From a virus (taxonomy: Duplodnaviria > Heunggongvirae > Uroviricota > Caudoviricetes), in the IMG/VR virus record IMGVR_UViG_3300020429_000539, positions 364,263-428,262 of that record: DNA of 64,000 nt; one strand, 5' to 3'. Position numbers and translations under genes: made by a program. Each line of letters opens with the position of its first letter. The first letter of the stretch is position 1. Shown in pieces: positions 11,701-19,802 of the stretch. Under the pieces are notes generated by a model. It saw only the letters and a program-made list of their open reading frames with translations, was not told where the DNA came from and made no database searches.

Positions 11701-14700
11701 GATAATCAGATATACGTTATAGGCGGCATCAAGGAAGTAGATTCGCGTGGCGGAATCAATGCTTTGAGTTCGCGTATTCTTGTTTATGATATTGATCTTG
11801 ACACTTGGAGCGCGAGCAGCCCCCTTGAAGGTAGTGACTTGGTTTTGTATTCGCGTATTGCTCCAACTGCGTTCTATGATGAGGATAATGATCTTATCCG
11901 CGTCATTGGTGGAGCTTCTGTCGTAGGCACAGGCCAGAATCAGACTCTTGAGTTTATTACGGACTCTTTTGCTATAGACCCATCCCATTTGTCCATCGTT
12001 CGAGATGACTCATCATATCAAGATATACCTGTACCTAGATATAAGGCAAACTCTGTTACTGTTGATGGTGAGCATTATGTTCTTGGCGGAGCAAATAAGA
12101 AGTCTAACACGCTTAAGGCTTTCGAGAGACTAACCTATAACCCATTGAACGATGTGTTTACTTTGACAGAACTTGCTGAGATGACGTATGGTAGGCAAGC
12201 TTTCGGCATGGCTACAGACGACCTACGGTACATATATATTGCAGGTGGCATAACGAGCGGTCGTCCTCCAGGCTTCTTGCAGATCAATGCCGAGGCAACT
12301 CCATCTACGCTAAGGCTCGACGGACGGCAGTCCGCAGGTATTGATATTGAACTTATCAACGATGTCGGAGAGCATCCTGATGAAGATATTCGTGTTCTTG
12401 TGCGGGGTTTTTTGATTTTTGCAGACGATGCGGATTCAGATAATGCAGATGATTTGCAAGGCGGAGGTAGCGGCAGCGACCAGGGCCAGCAAGGTTCGGA
12501 TGTAAACCGTTCGGCGCTAATCTATCCTGTTCAGTTTAGCAGTAATGACTTTATCATATCAAATGGTTTTGGAACAACGACGCTTCTTGCTCGCTCTGAA
12601 GATATTCTTGATAAAGTTGATGAAATCAAGAACAAACTAGAGCTTGCCCGTCAAGGAGAGGATACTGATTCGGCAGAACAAAATGAACCTCTTATCATCA
12701 ACGAGGGAGACCGTCGTGACCCATACAGTATACGCATTCAGATAACTGTTATCGATGACTTCTACTATGGCCAGACCGTTGTGGATATTAGCGATAATGA
12801 AGATCCCGATGAGCTTCCGGATGATACTGGTGACGATGATACGAATGATGATACAACTGATGATACGGATAATGGTACTGATGACGGGCCGCCAACAGCA
12901 GAAGAAGACCCGTACTCTCCAGAGTTTGAGGGCTGCCGAAGCTATTCGGTAACGTCTGAACTGCCAGATCCACCTGACGGCGGCAATGACGATGATGACG
13001 ATACTGGCGATGGTTCAACTGGCGGCGGTGGCATTCCGACTGATGATTTAGATGATAGAGACAATCCGATATTTGATCTCAATCCAACTCAATCTCCACA
13101 GCTTGAGAGTCCAAACGTCAACTTCTACAGCGATATCGAGTGGATACCGCAGGTAATTCCTCATATCAGCAACAACCTTGGCACGGCAGAAGAAATGCGA
13201 ACCGTGATTAGGCGACTAGAAACGTCTATTCCGTTTGGCGCATCTCCTTTCTACGATGGTATCGTAGAGATTTCTCGTATTTTGCTTGATGAGAACCTTG
13301 ACCCATTTGCCAAGGTTATTTATGCACAAACGGATAACGAAGAAAGCCTCTCGTTTGTTGGCCTAGAAGAGTCTATCGAAGAAGTTCAAGCTATCGATGG
13401 TTTCGCGCAGGTTCCAGTGCTGTTGAATAACTTCTCCGTAGTCTTCCCAACTACTCTATCTGCTTTGTTGGCGAGAACTGACACCGACAGCCTTGAGACT
13501 CTTGCCCAAGACACGGGCGGTCAGTCTCAAACCATTCTTGATGCAGAGTTTGCTAACGAAGTTCTCAACAATATGATTGGTAGAGCAGCGGGCTCTGTTG
13601 GTTGGGGCACGTATGAGGCCGTTCTTGATCTTGGGCAAGAAAGCGTCATCAACAATATTTCTGTAGATTTTACTCTGTTTGATAACACTGATGGCAACTG
13701 GACAGTAGAGGCATCTAGCGATGGTTTTAACTATACCGAACCTTCAGACCAGTTTGACGGCAACAAAGAAGTAGAGTTCTTCCGTCTCAATGGTCGCTAC
13801 TTCCGTTTCAAGGTTACGCTATTGAGTGGTCTTAGCGCATCTGTGGCTGAAGAGTATGATTTGGTAGCAACCCCTGGACGGCCATCTCTTACGGGTATCA
13901 ACGTTGTTTACTCGTTGCCCAAAGAGAGCTATCTCTATATTACTCCTGATACTTCTCTCTTTGGTGCGCAGCAGATTGCTGCAAGCATCCACGCGACGAA
14001 CCCTCAGTCAAGCGAGATTCAGGTTGGTGTTGCTACGAGCAATTCTACTTCTTGGGAAGATTTCCAGACTGGTTCGAGACCATCAATCAATCGCTATGGC
14101 AAGCTCTTTATCCCTATCAGAACTGAACAAGATATAACAGAACTCAACGAGCCTCTTGTTGATATTGACGGTTTTTCTTGGAGAGCGACTTATGGTCGTT
14201 GGGATCCAGAATCTCAGATTACGATTCGCTCTATCCCTGAAGTTGGAGACCCACTAACTATTGTTGAACCAGAAGAATACCGTCTTTACCCTCGACAGGG
14301 GCTTGTGGTCTTTAGAACCAAGAGAAAAGATGCAAGTTTCTTTATCGAAGTTGAGAATACTGACCAAGTTCGAATCGGCCTGAAGATTGTAAACCGATTT
14401 GCTGGCGAAAACATTTTGATACGCGGTTTGGGGTACATGTGGAATACAAACGTATTCTTGCCTCCGCCGCTATCGGAGCGCCCACCTTCAGCAAGCGATT
14501 TATTGATTGTGCCCAATAACCCGTTTATCTATAGTAAGATTTCTGCAAGTTATAGATTTACTGACCTTAACAGAGATGAAGAAGACCTAACACAGACACA
14601 GATTAGATGGTACGTAAATGGTGTTGAAGTCGAGTTCTTACGAGACCTTACCGAATGGAATGATATCAATAACTTCGAAGACCCGCTGTGGGTTTATGGT

Positions 14701-15534
14701 TTCAGCTTTAGGCCAGAGGATGTGCCAGATGGAGTTTCATTCGAGCAGTTTGCTCGTGAGCGCGGCGATAGCTTGCTTAGCGTAGGCGATGTTATTTACT
14801 TCACAGTTCGTCCGAGCGACGGCAAAGTGTTCGGCGACCTTGTTCGTTCTGCCTCTGTCGAGGTCCAGTCCGCTCCTCCATTCGTGACCGAATTGAGGAT
14901 AGTTGGGCGGAACAACAATGGACAGGAGCAGGAGACTGTAACCACGGCAACTACTGCTGTTGCTAAGTTCAACTTCTTCGATGACGGTGGTGAAAACGCA
15001 TCAACGATTATCTGGTATGTCAATGGCACGGAGTTCAAGCGTGGTGATTTAGATGGCACTACTTCTGGCTTTAGCAACAACGAGATTGTGCCAGGAGAAC
15101 TCGCAGGTGTTGGATTGAATGCCCTTGTTATTGGCAATGTATTGGCAGTTGAGATACGGCCTGCTGCCGGTAACACCGCAGGCGAGCCGATACGCTCAGG
15201 CAGCGTTACTGTAGAAAATGCTCCACCTGTCGTAACAGACCCGCAGATTACGCCGCTGGAGCCTACTGCTGCATCTGTGCTTGAGATTGATTATACTTTC
15301 TTTGATAACGATATTGAACAAGGAAGCACAACTCAGAGCGACCAAAGTTCGATTCGTTGGTTCCGAAAGAGAGGGACAGAGGAGACATTTACAGAGGTTA
15401 CGGAGGTTGCGAATAACGAAACAATCTCGGCAAACTTCACGCTCAGCGGAGACCAGTGGTATGCCGAGGTTATACCGTTTGACGGAATTTCGGTAGGAAC
15501 CACGGCTCGAAGCAATACCGTAACCATTAGTTAG
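5758..15534 (+). CDS. Giant 3258-aa multidomain virion protein (vWA, FN3, LamG, Kelch propeller, Ig-like repeats)
   Basis: MIDAS DQSGS; FN3-like YFYKVYTF and YYAIVTVD; LamG WNHVAVVYDG...FFGKMTEVSLLDRELT; six Kelch GG motifs; C-terminal IRWYVNG/IIWYVNG/IRWFR repeats. Confidence 0.7.
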   Translation: MSAFPTKVSAFLRPVGSPPGVAHVIPDDSSVYIDATNLASIDQGDPSWIFACDTNGYSGTGYMTKLAQAGVENNAAVMWYDVQAESPGLVYIDLRLARNGSATTVTVYLDDDEVDSFVISDAVSYTYEWFGTSFVIPDEKVHKLGIKVEDTGSVSLDAMRLAFGAEPTLNASFDATDTEQFRDAPYITLHALVYEVNSNLLFDDVNDALPIYSIIKSSDIKADDWYNFDLSPLPWRSPLTVEDKTYVFTLWHTVDLDNHYIIWDLASEQDDPYAEFFFKTLLYTHNSGGDLELENTRDLAIRVWEFRDALDSSACVLTTPDSDEFTFRQQTFDDAIIEPIFRNTSITNEEEDSNEVQLDLPDRIVTLLVDQSGSMTWNDSGGLRHDLARRLVNRLDATYPGDVYFNIFSFESTPIRVNFFAVIESDDVNTNDTSDVADSYFADQESGYAGIRVVRKASSYPLNPLDGDIVTEGFIDRAFDDNLEENEDYFYKVYTFNEFGTFSEGVEIQATPRVREIPNGVGQFSATMLKGTGVRRESNAVMLMHMDEGIQTTTYDFSDNELHGSYFGADEPLWLNPSDVPNGRSGLRFNGSTQGIYVPDASNKTSIDGSMTISMWIYPFDTETSSGVQTLAIRDNSGSSTGSALNIDWWLFQTGASIAFTRDISSIAVSAPSLEADTWNHVAVVYDGNDETANIYINGINRSVATTATKFGALHNPNTSDTLRIGYGKFSSVVYAFFGKMTEVSLLDRELTASEIMDNSFLPMNDSEKVLDNGDRLLLLNYSVPNDYNYAGGNIRIVKKEEAGARQYSFTGNTDDNGELERIDEGFGFEPFHENDGTVVFNESAAVGAFTVAIPDDYIHGRVYDYRIFSQNLIGNYSTYSDSPNLSIVVPGFGGNQGQDLRTDIIGAPSPALPTVDGVSVQQGNRKLYIQWQVPFIDDRVREVHIYYRTGNFPVVDETSSTGELVFRGNPEQLEFVHRNINNDQIAYYAIVTVDQYGFFSSPVYVSQIPDEEADETGIPLLEVQKLRYEVVNEDSVSLQWEQPVRFQKSVEAWFDQRVAMYAQITDEFGAPIADDSRIEIVADGRVSSAQLAEDVFQEIPNRERFTPAAEDTFILSSTALGGGTIRAILRMVPDFNIISAINELNLSAFVSFTIPDRERPSQNIFEFKSLPISIKMKNPFFMEMTNLRNDKIEHLCKETFPLGDITAIATGGLLFNPNQTKEFDGTFIRRQEPFIARVKVKYRDEALDSGGRVFVAVHEASDPGCDDNESDPSVPFEPSFSNRKSRTVLPPSTTLTMQTGTEVDDDGITRTFSFVDIPLQPPDFPQGVMLFAKGAYNGYFSRKRLYIAFENILRVEVTATPPQPDCIDVAEQFASCYLIDPDSPNPRDPRRTLIPDGEICKWTLRKGQTGKDRPFYSTDNVAQGPGVFSSIRNNQARKVFFGPACGVTWTIVNLGPQNGGIALLPEIYALKASVVYDGLSAFEDRPLFIYPQEVTGGFGSRFLMNLDNYRVTMWADGFDYEKLTIWHDPNTAGGWAARGFRRCSEEFGGTLFVLNGGQFVELETGNSFEIFYGDDVEIEFDPYIDEPVISGGTQDVGFAVIPLTELDNKTEVFLRINQFIGPPPDQSDSEEVTNRCGALNLPEPMRTEDNDNTLFGRTEVVFNDELRYLTAGGDLENGIPPTILKLREPLQIRILQARRNGVPVQEILVDGTSEHEFIVEVTFSGKNVPNGTPIFLTIGGPNPQKLQLTQSVIFTQQQEDPFLGGGVRSLASFTTLPFSPLEQFVAQVQAECRYDKRGDVTRSMTSCLTIDYKIEQDTQDNDDDEEEQQAQINNVFSGQIEIYDTQTDTWELKDVSMNHPRGSLTLNWTFDAYGEVLHAIGGIDGTAITAYNEQYRIDSGEWIDLAPMITPRFYHSAVEEQGLIYVLGGLTIEDNDLIVSRALERYNPLTDSWTVLTQMPDLGDGADDFYGIALGAAVRVDNQIYVIGGIKEVDSRGGINALSSRILVYDIDLDTWSASSPLEGSDLVLYSRIAPTAFYDEDNDLIRVIGGASVVGTGQNQTLEFITDSFAIDPSHLSIVRDDSSYQDIPVPRYKANSVTVDGEHYVLGGANKKSNTLKAFERLTYNPLNDVFTLTELAEMTYGRQAFGMATDDLRYIYIAGGITSGRPPGFLQINAEATPSTLRLDGRQSAGIDIELINDVGEHPDEDIRVLVRGFLIFADDADSDNADDLQGGGSGSDQGQQGSDVNRSALIYPVQFSSNDFIISNGFGTTTLLARSEDILDKVDEIKNKLELARQGEDTDSAEQNEPLIINEGDRRDPYSIRIQITVIDDFYYGQTVVDISDNEDPDELPDDTGDDDTNDDTTDDTDNGTDDGPPTAEEDPYSPEFEGCRSYSVTSELPDPPDGGNDDDDDTGDGSTGGGGIPTDDLDDRDNPIFDLNPTQSPQLESPNVNFYSDIEWIPQVIPHISNNLGTAEEMRTVIRRLETSIPFGASPFYDGIVEISRILLDENLDPFAKVIYAQTDNEESLSFVGLEESIEEVQAIDGFAQVPVLLNNFSVVFPTTLSALLARTDTDSLETLAQDTGGQSQTILDAEFANEVLNNMIGRAAGSVGWGTYEAVLDLGQESVINNISVDFTLFDNTDGNWTVEASSDGFNYTEPSDQFDGNKEVEFFRLNGRYFRFKVTLLSGLSASVAEEYDLVATPGRPSLTGINVVYSLPKESYLYITPDTSLFGAQQIAASIHATNPQSSEIQVGVATSNSTSWEDFQTGSRPSINRYGKLFIPIRTEQDITELNEPLVDIDGFSWRATYGRWDPESQITIRSIPEVGDPLTIVEPEEYRLYPRQGLVVFRTKRKDASFFIEVENTDQVRIGLKIVNRFAGENILIRGLGYMWNTNVFLPPPLSERPPSASDLLIVPNNPFIYSKISASYRFTDLNRDEEDLTQTQIRWYVNGVEVEFLRDLTEWNDINNFEDPLWVYGFSFRPEDVPDGVSFEQFARERGDSLLSVGDVIYFTVRPSDGKVFGDLVRSASVEVQSAPPFVTELRIVGRNNNGQEQETVTTATTAVAKFNFFDDGGENASTIIWYVNGTEFKRGDLDGTTSGFSNNEIVPGELAGVGLNALVIGNVLAVEIRPAAGNTAGEPIRSGSVTVENAPPVVTDPQITPLEPTAASVLEIDYTFFDNDIEQGSTTQSDQSSIRWFRKRGTEETFTEVTEVANNETISANFTLSGDQWYAEVIPFDGISVGTTARSNTVTIS

Positions 15535-15535
15535 C

Positions 15536-15540
15536 CGATA
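15536..15540 (+). promoter_or_regulatory. CGATA element (GCCGATAG, in a TAGCC-GATA-GGCTA mini-hairpin), putative -10-like promoter box
   Basis: 8 nt before ATG 15549; the same 5-mer recurs 7-10 nt upstream of five other start codons. Confidence 0.4.
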
Positions 15541-15548
15541 GGCTAGTT

Positions 15549-16283
15549 ATGACAAGCAAAGCGGCGATCATCGTACTATCTCATAACGCTCTTGATGTTA
15601 CCAAGAAGTTTTTGAAACATCTCTACAAGCATACAGATGATTTCACTCTTATCATGATAGACAATGGTAGTTCGGACGATTCGCCAGAGTATCTAGGCGA
15701 TTTTAGTGACGACCATGACAATATGCTTTTTGTTGCGAATGACGAGAACCTGGGTGTGATAGGTGGCCGAAATCACGGATGGACCATTTATCAAACTTTA
15801 GATGCAAAGCCTCCATACCTGGGCTTCCTTGACAATGATCAGTTTGTAGAAGAAGGCTGGTTGGAGCAACATCTAAATGTTCTGGAGCAAAGTCACGCAC
15901 AGATTGTCGGAGTTGAGGCCTGGATGCTAAGCTCGACGTTTCGTCCCATGCATAGGTGCAAGAGATTTGGTGAGCCTTGGAGCTATGTAGGTTGTGGTGG
16001 GATGTTTATGAAGAAAGAAGTGCCAGAGGATATCGGCATGTTTGATCCGCAGTTCAATCCTTGCTACTTTGAAGACCCCGACTTCTGTTTTCGCGCAAGA
16101 AGGGCTGGATATCGCCTTGCATGGAATTATAAGGCAAGGGTAACACATCTGCCCCACCAGACCCTAGGGAAGAACCCAAGGCGTATGCAACTTTTCCAGA
16201 AGAGCCACGCGAAGTTCTTCGAGAAATGGAAGGGTAGCAGATTCACTCCGCAACGACAACACGCTGTTGAAGCTTTGCAGTGA
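15549..16283 (+). CDS. Glycosyltransferase family 2
   Basis: IIVLSHN, MIDNGSSD, ENLG...GRNHG, FLDND, YFEDPDFCFRA. Confidence 0.9.
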   Translation: MTSKAAIIVLSHNALDVTKKFLKHLYKHTDDFTLIMIDNGSSDDSPEYLGDFSDDHDNMLFVANDENLGVIGGRNHGWTIYQTLDAKPPYLGFLDNDQFVEEGWLEQHLNVLEQSHAQIVGVEAWMLSSTFRPMHRCKRFGEPWSYVGCGGMFMKKEVPEDIGMFDPQFNPCYFEDPDFCFRARRAGYRLAWNYKARVTHLPHQTLGKNPRRMQLFQKSHAKFFEKWKGSRFTPQRQHAVEALQ

Positions 16284-16310
16284 TACCTTGAAGCTCGCGG
16301 CCCAGAACAT

Positions 16311-16315
16311 CGATA
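16311..16315 (+). promoter_or_regulatory. CGATA element, putative -10-like box
   Basis: In the intergenic gap, 7 nt before ATG 16323; no Shine-Dalgarno. Confidence 0.4.
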
Positions 16316-16322
16316 TAGTAGC

Positions 16323-17426
16323 ATGAAGCTAGGTGTAGCCGTCAACCATTGTGCCCCCTATCACACAGGGGGCTCAGAGAAGGTTGTTCAACAAATTACG
16401 GAGTCAATGCATCATGACTTTGGTATGGATTGCCATGTCATATCGAAATATGTCCCTCGAAATGAGACGTATAACGGCGTTCATATTCACAAACTGAAGG
16501 GCGGCGAAACAGGCATAGTCAACCAGGTTAAAGACCTAGGGCTTGACCATCTATTTATTTATAGCGATTCTTTTGTGGGTTGGAGTTCGGTTGTTCGCAA
16601 TGCAGAGCAGATACCATGTAGCAAAAGCGTAGCTCTTGTAGGCATGAATTTCATGCGAATGCACGGCGATGTAGGCCGTATGTTTGCGAATAAGAAGAGA
16701 CATTTCACAACAATTACTCATTCAGACAATTATCTTGATTACGAGACCTGCAAGAAGCTTGATATTCCTGTTAGGGTAATTCCGAACGCGATTGATTTAA
16801 GAGAGTTCGAAGTTGAGTCTCCAAGTTTTCGTGAGCGATATGGCATTGATACTGAACACATGATATTGTGCGTATCCAACTTCTTTCCCGGTAAGGGACA
16901 GGAGCATCTATACCATATTTTACAGAAGCTCGCCGACCGGGGTCATGATTTTACGGCTGTCTACATTTCTACAACAACCAACTTCCAACCCGCAGAGGTC
17001 ATGCGCACGCGGCATAATAGAATGCTTGCGAAGGCTCGATTCAAAAGCAAGGCATTGAACAACATTCCACGTTCGGATGTAGTTGAAGCTTTCAAGCAGG
17101 CAGACGTATTCGCTTTTCCGTCGCAGATAGAAGTCGCCCCACTTGTTATCCTTGAGTGCATGGCGAACAATCTGCCATGGGTTGCATTGAATGTTGGTAA
17201 TGTTGAGGAACTAGACGGTGGTTTTGTGGTTAAAGCTACTAAGAAGGTTCAGGGTAAGTGGCACTATACAACTGCCCTCTATGATGAGTTTACCGATTGT
17301 TTAGATAACCTATTGTCAAGCAAGGCCATGCGCATTGGTGTTGGAGTTGAAGGTAAGCGAATGATGCTCGAACGGTTCAACTGGGACACCATCAAGCACG
17401 AATATAAGGACGTTTTCAATGCCTGA
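16323..17426 (+). CDS. Glycosyltransferase family 4 (GT-B)
   Basis: GGSE, VIPNAID, KGQE, ADVFAFPSQIEVAPLVILECMA. Confidence 0.9.
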   Translation: MKLGVAVNHCAPYHTGGSEKVVQQITESMHHDFGMDCHVISKYVPRNETYNGVHIHKLKGGETGIVNQVKDLGLDHLFIYSDSFVGWSSVVRNAEQIPCSKSVALVGMNFMRMHGDVGRMFANKKRHFTTITHSDNYLDYETCKKLDIPVRVIPNAIDLREFEVESPSFRERYGIDTEHMILCVSNFFPGKGQEHLYHILQKLADRGHDFTAVYISTTTNFQPAEVMRTRHNRMLAKARFKSKALNNIPRSDVVEAFKQADVFAFPSQIEVAPLVILECMANNLPWVALNVGNVEELDGGFVVKATKKVQGKWHYTTALYDEFTDCLDNLLSSKAMRIGVGVEGKRMMLERFNWDTIKHEYKDVFNA

Positions 17427-18168
17427 TTTGACGGTTATTACAACGCTATACAACTGCGAAAAATATGTTGAACAATCAATCAAGTCTGTTATCAATCAGA
17501 CGTATGATGATTTTAACTGGATTTTATTGAACGATGGCTCTACTGATGCTACCTGGGATATTGTTCGCTCGTTTGAAGACCCGCGAATGACTTTGATAGA
17601 CTCAAAAGATAATCAACGGATTCCCCGCCGTCGCAATCAATGCATAGGCCTTGCAAACTCCAAGTACGTTTGCATACATGATGGTGATGACATTAGCCTG
17701 CCGCATCGCTTTGAACGGCAGATGGAGGTCATGAAGTCCTCTCCTGATTTATTCTGTTGTGGAGCTTGGGCTATTGCTATCAATGATGAAGGCGAGCGGC
17801 AAGAGACTATGAACTATCCTGCTCTGAAGCATAGCCAAATAGTGAATCAGCTTTTGATTAAGCGTCAAAATCCGATGATAGACCCAACGACTATGTTTAA
17901 ACAGGAAGATTTCGTAAAACTACATGGCTACACGTTAGAAAAAGCCATATACACAGTGCCAGACATGGATTTATGGGCAAGAGCCATGCTCGATGGGAAG
18001 ATTTTTGCAAATATTCCCGAACCTTTAATTGAGTATCGTTTCAATCCTGATGGCATGACGATGAAGCACAAAAAAGAAATGATAGGCGCTCATATGGTAG
18101 TTTGGAAGCGATTTAGAGACGCCTACGTTGCCCAGCAAAGAACAACGGAGGCAGTCAGTAATGAGTAA
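17419..18168 (+). CDS. Glycosyltransferase family 2
   Basis: YNCEKYV..SIKSVINQT, NDGSTD, HDGDDISLPHRFERQ, DMDLW. Confidence 0.9.
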   Translation: MPDLTVITTLYNCEKYVEQSIKSVINQTYDDFNWILLNDGSTDATWDIVRSFEDPRMTLIDSKDNQRIPRRRNQCIGLANSKYVCIHDGDDISLPHRFERQMEVMKSSPDLFCCGAWAIAINDEGERQETMNYPALKHSQIVNQLLIKRQNPMIDPTTMFKQEDFVKLHGYTLEKAIYTVPDMDLWARAMLDGKIFANIPEPLIEYRFNPDGMTMKHKKEMIGAHMVVWKRFRDAYVAQQRTTEAVSNE

Positions 18169-19393
18169 ACAAGGACTAAAGTGGACAGTCGAAGAGATGA
18201 TAACCCTGTACGAGCGTCGTCTTATGGATGTTCCATACAAGGTAATCGCGGAAGAACTAGACCGTACTGAACAGGCGTGCTGGGACAAATACCGTCACAC
18301 TGATTGGGCAGGCACAGGCATTCCTGACAAAATCCGAGAGAACATTAAAGACCGTCGAGTCGAGGCTGTCAAGGAACAGGCTGCTTCTGCCGCTGACCGC
18401 AAGCTTGATATGTACAGGTTGCGGGCTAACGTGATTGCTGATAAGCTTGCAGATGCCACGAAAAGACTACCAGAAGCTCCGCTTGTTACATGGTCGCCGA
18501 GCGGCAGGCAAGCTAAGCATCAGAATGAAGACATGGGTCTTATTTTGAGTGACCTTCATATCGGTCACGAACACTCGAATGAGGAAACCGGAGGTTTATC
18601 TGCCTACAACCTGGAGATTTTTCAGAAGAGACTAGAGAACCTAAAGCAGGCGGTCCCTGATATCTATGAGTTGCATTCGCAGCTTTATAAGCTTCCCAAG
18701 CTCCATATCTTCTGCCTCGGCGATATTGTTGATGGCATGAACGAAGCTGGAGCATGGTCGCCTGTCTTTATATCGATGCCGATTTGGGACCAGGTAACGC
18801 ATGGCATTCATGCATTGTCTGATGCTATTTGGTATTGGTTGACCTTCTTTGAAGAAATTCACTTCTATGGTATTCGCGGCAATCACGGTCGAGTCGCTCG
18901 CTCAGGTGCAGAGAAAGACTACTGTAACTGGGATATCATTGCATACGAGTTTTTGCAGACTCGATTCCAGGACAATGACCGAATCAAGTTCCATGTGCCA
19001 AGATGCTGGTGGTCATTGGAGGAGGTTTGTAATCACAACTTCCTTCTTGTTCACGGCGATGATGTTAAATCGAAGGGCGTTCCGATTCTTGGTATGCTGG
19101 ATCTTGAGCGAAAGATGGCTGCGACCTTGAACAAAAGAATCAACTACACGTTGGCGGGTCATTTCCACAATGCTTCAGAGTATACGACGCATAGCGGGCG
19201 ACTAATTATGAATGGCTCATTCGTGGGTGCAGACGTATATTCCTTGAAGAATGCGATGCCAGGAACAAGGGCAGAACAAAAGCTTTTTGGTATACACCCT
19301 CAGAGAGGCGTGACATGGATGTACAACATCGATCTCGACCATCAGAGGGGTAACAATGCTACCAATTCCGAAGTGGGCACAAAAGTACCTTAA
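18161..19393 (+). CDS. Calcineurin-like metallophosphoesterase with N-terminal Myb/SANT-like HTH
   Basis: SDLHIG, GDIVDG, GNHGR, HGD, GHFH motifs; N-terminal WTVEE...IAEELDRTEQACWDKY. ATG 18161 preferred (GGAGG upstream). Confidence 0.8.
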   Translation: MSKQGLKWTVEEMITLYERRLMDVPYKVIAEELDRTEQACWDKYRHTDWAGTGIPDKIRENIKDRRVEAVKEQAASAADRKLDMYRLRANVIADKLADATKRLPEAPLVTWSPSGRQAKHQNEDMGLILSDLHIGHEHSNEETGGLSAYNLEIFQKRLENLKQAVPDIYELHSQLYKLPKLHIFCLGDIVDGMNEAGAWSPVFISMPIWDQVTHGIHALSDAIWYWLTFFEEIHFYGIRGNHGRVARSGAEKDYCNWDIIAYEFLQTRFQDNDRIKFHVPRCWWSLEEVCNHNFLLVHGDDVKSKGVPILGMLDLERKMAATLNKRINYTLAGHFHNASEYTTHSGRLIMNGSFVGADVYSLKNAMPGTRAEQKLFGIHPQRGVTWMYNIDLDHQRGNNATNSEVGTKVP

Positions 19394-19802
19394 GTTTCGT
19401 GAATGTCCATACTGCGAAGAGTCTACAACCTTACGCGGAGTGACAGGACTGGGCGTCAGAGAGCAGAGGGATGAACAAACTGGTTCAGTTAGTTATGTTT
19501 TGACCATAGAATATGTATGCTGCTCCTGCGAGAAGAAGTCTGTTTTTCTCGGACAACCAGAGTATGGCGCAGACCATCTCGACATCGTAGAAAGTATTCT
19601 CGAAGCATTAGTTAGATATGAGTCTTCTCAGAAGTCGCTTCCGTCCAAGGAAAATGGTAGCAAGATTTCGAAAAAGGAAGTAGAAGACTTATTGAAAGTG
19701 CTTAACGAGGCTCAGTCGTTTGATGAGGTCTTGAAGTACATCGGGGCCAAATACGAGCCTTTGGAGCAGGATGATGAAGAGAGAACTAACCAGGATCAGT
19801 GA
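19356..19802 (+). CDS. Hypothetical zinc-ribbon protein
   Basis: CPYC...CCSC pairs; fits operon packing. Confidence 0.6.
   Translation: MLPIPKWAQKYLKFRECPYCEESTTLRGVTGLGVREQRDEQTGSVSYVLTIEYVCCSCEKKSVFLGQPEYGADHLDIVESILEALVRYESSQKSLPSKENGSKISKKEVEDLLKVLNEAQSFDEVLKYIGAKYEPLEQDDEERTNQDQ

Noticed and set aside
12790-13060. GATGATAC-type imperfect tandem repeats
   Set aside because: They encode an Asp/Thr/Gly low-complexity linker inside the giant protein.
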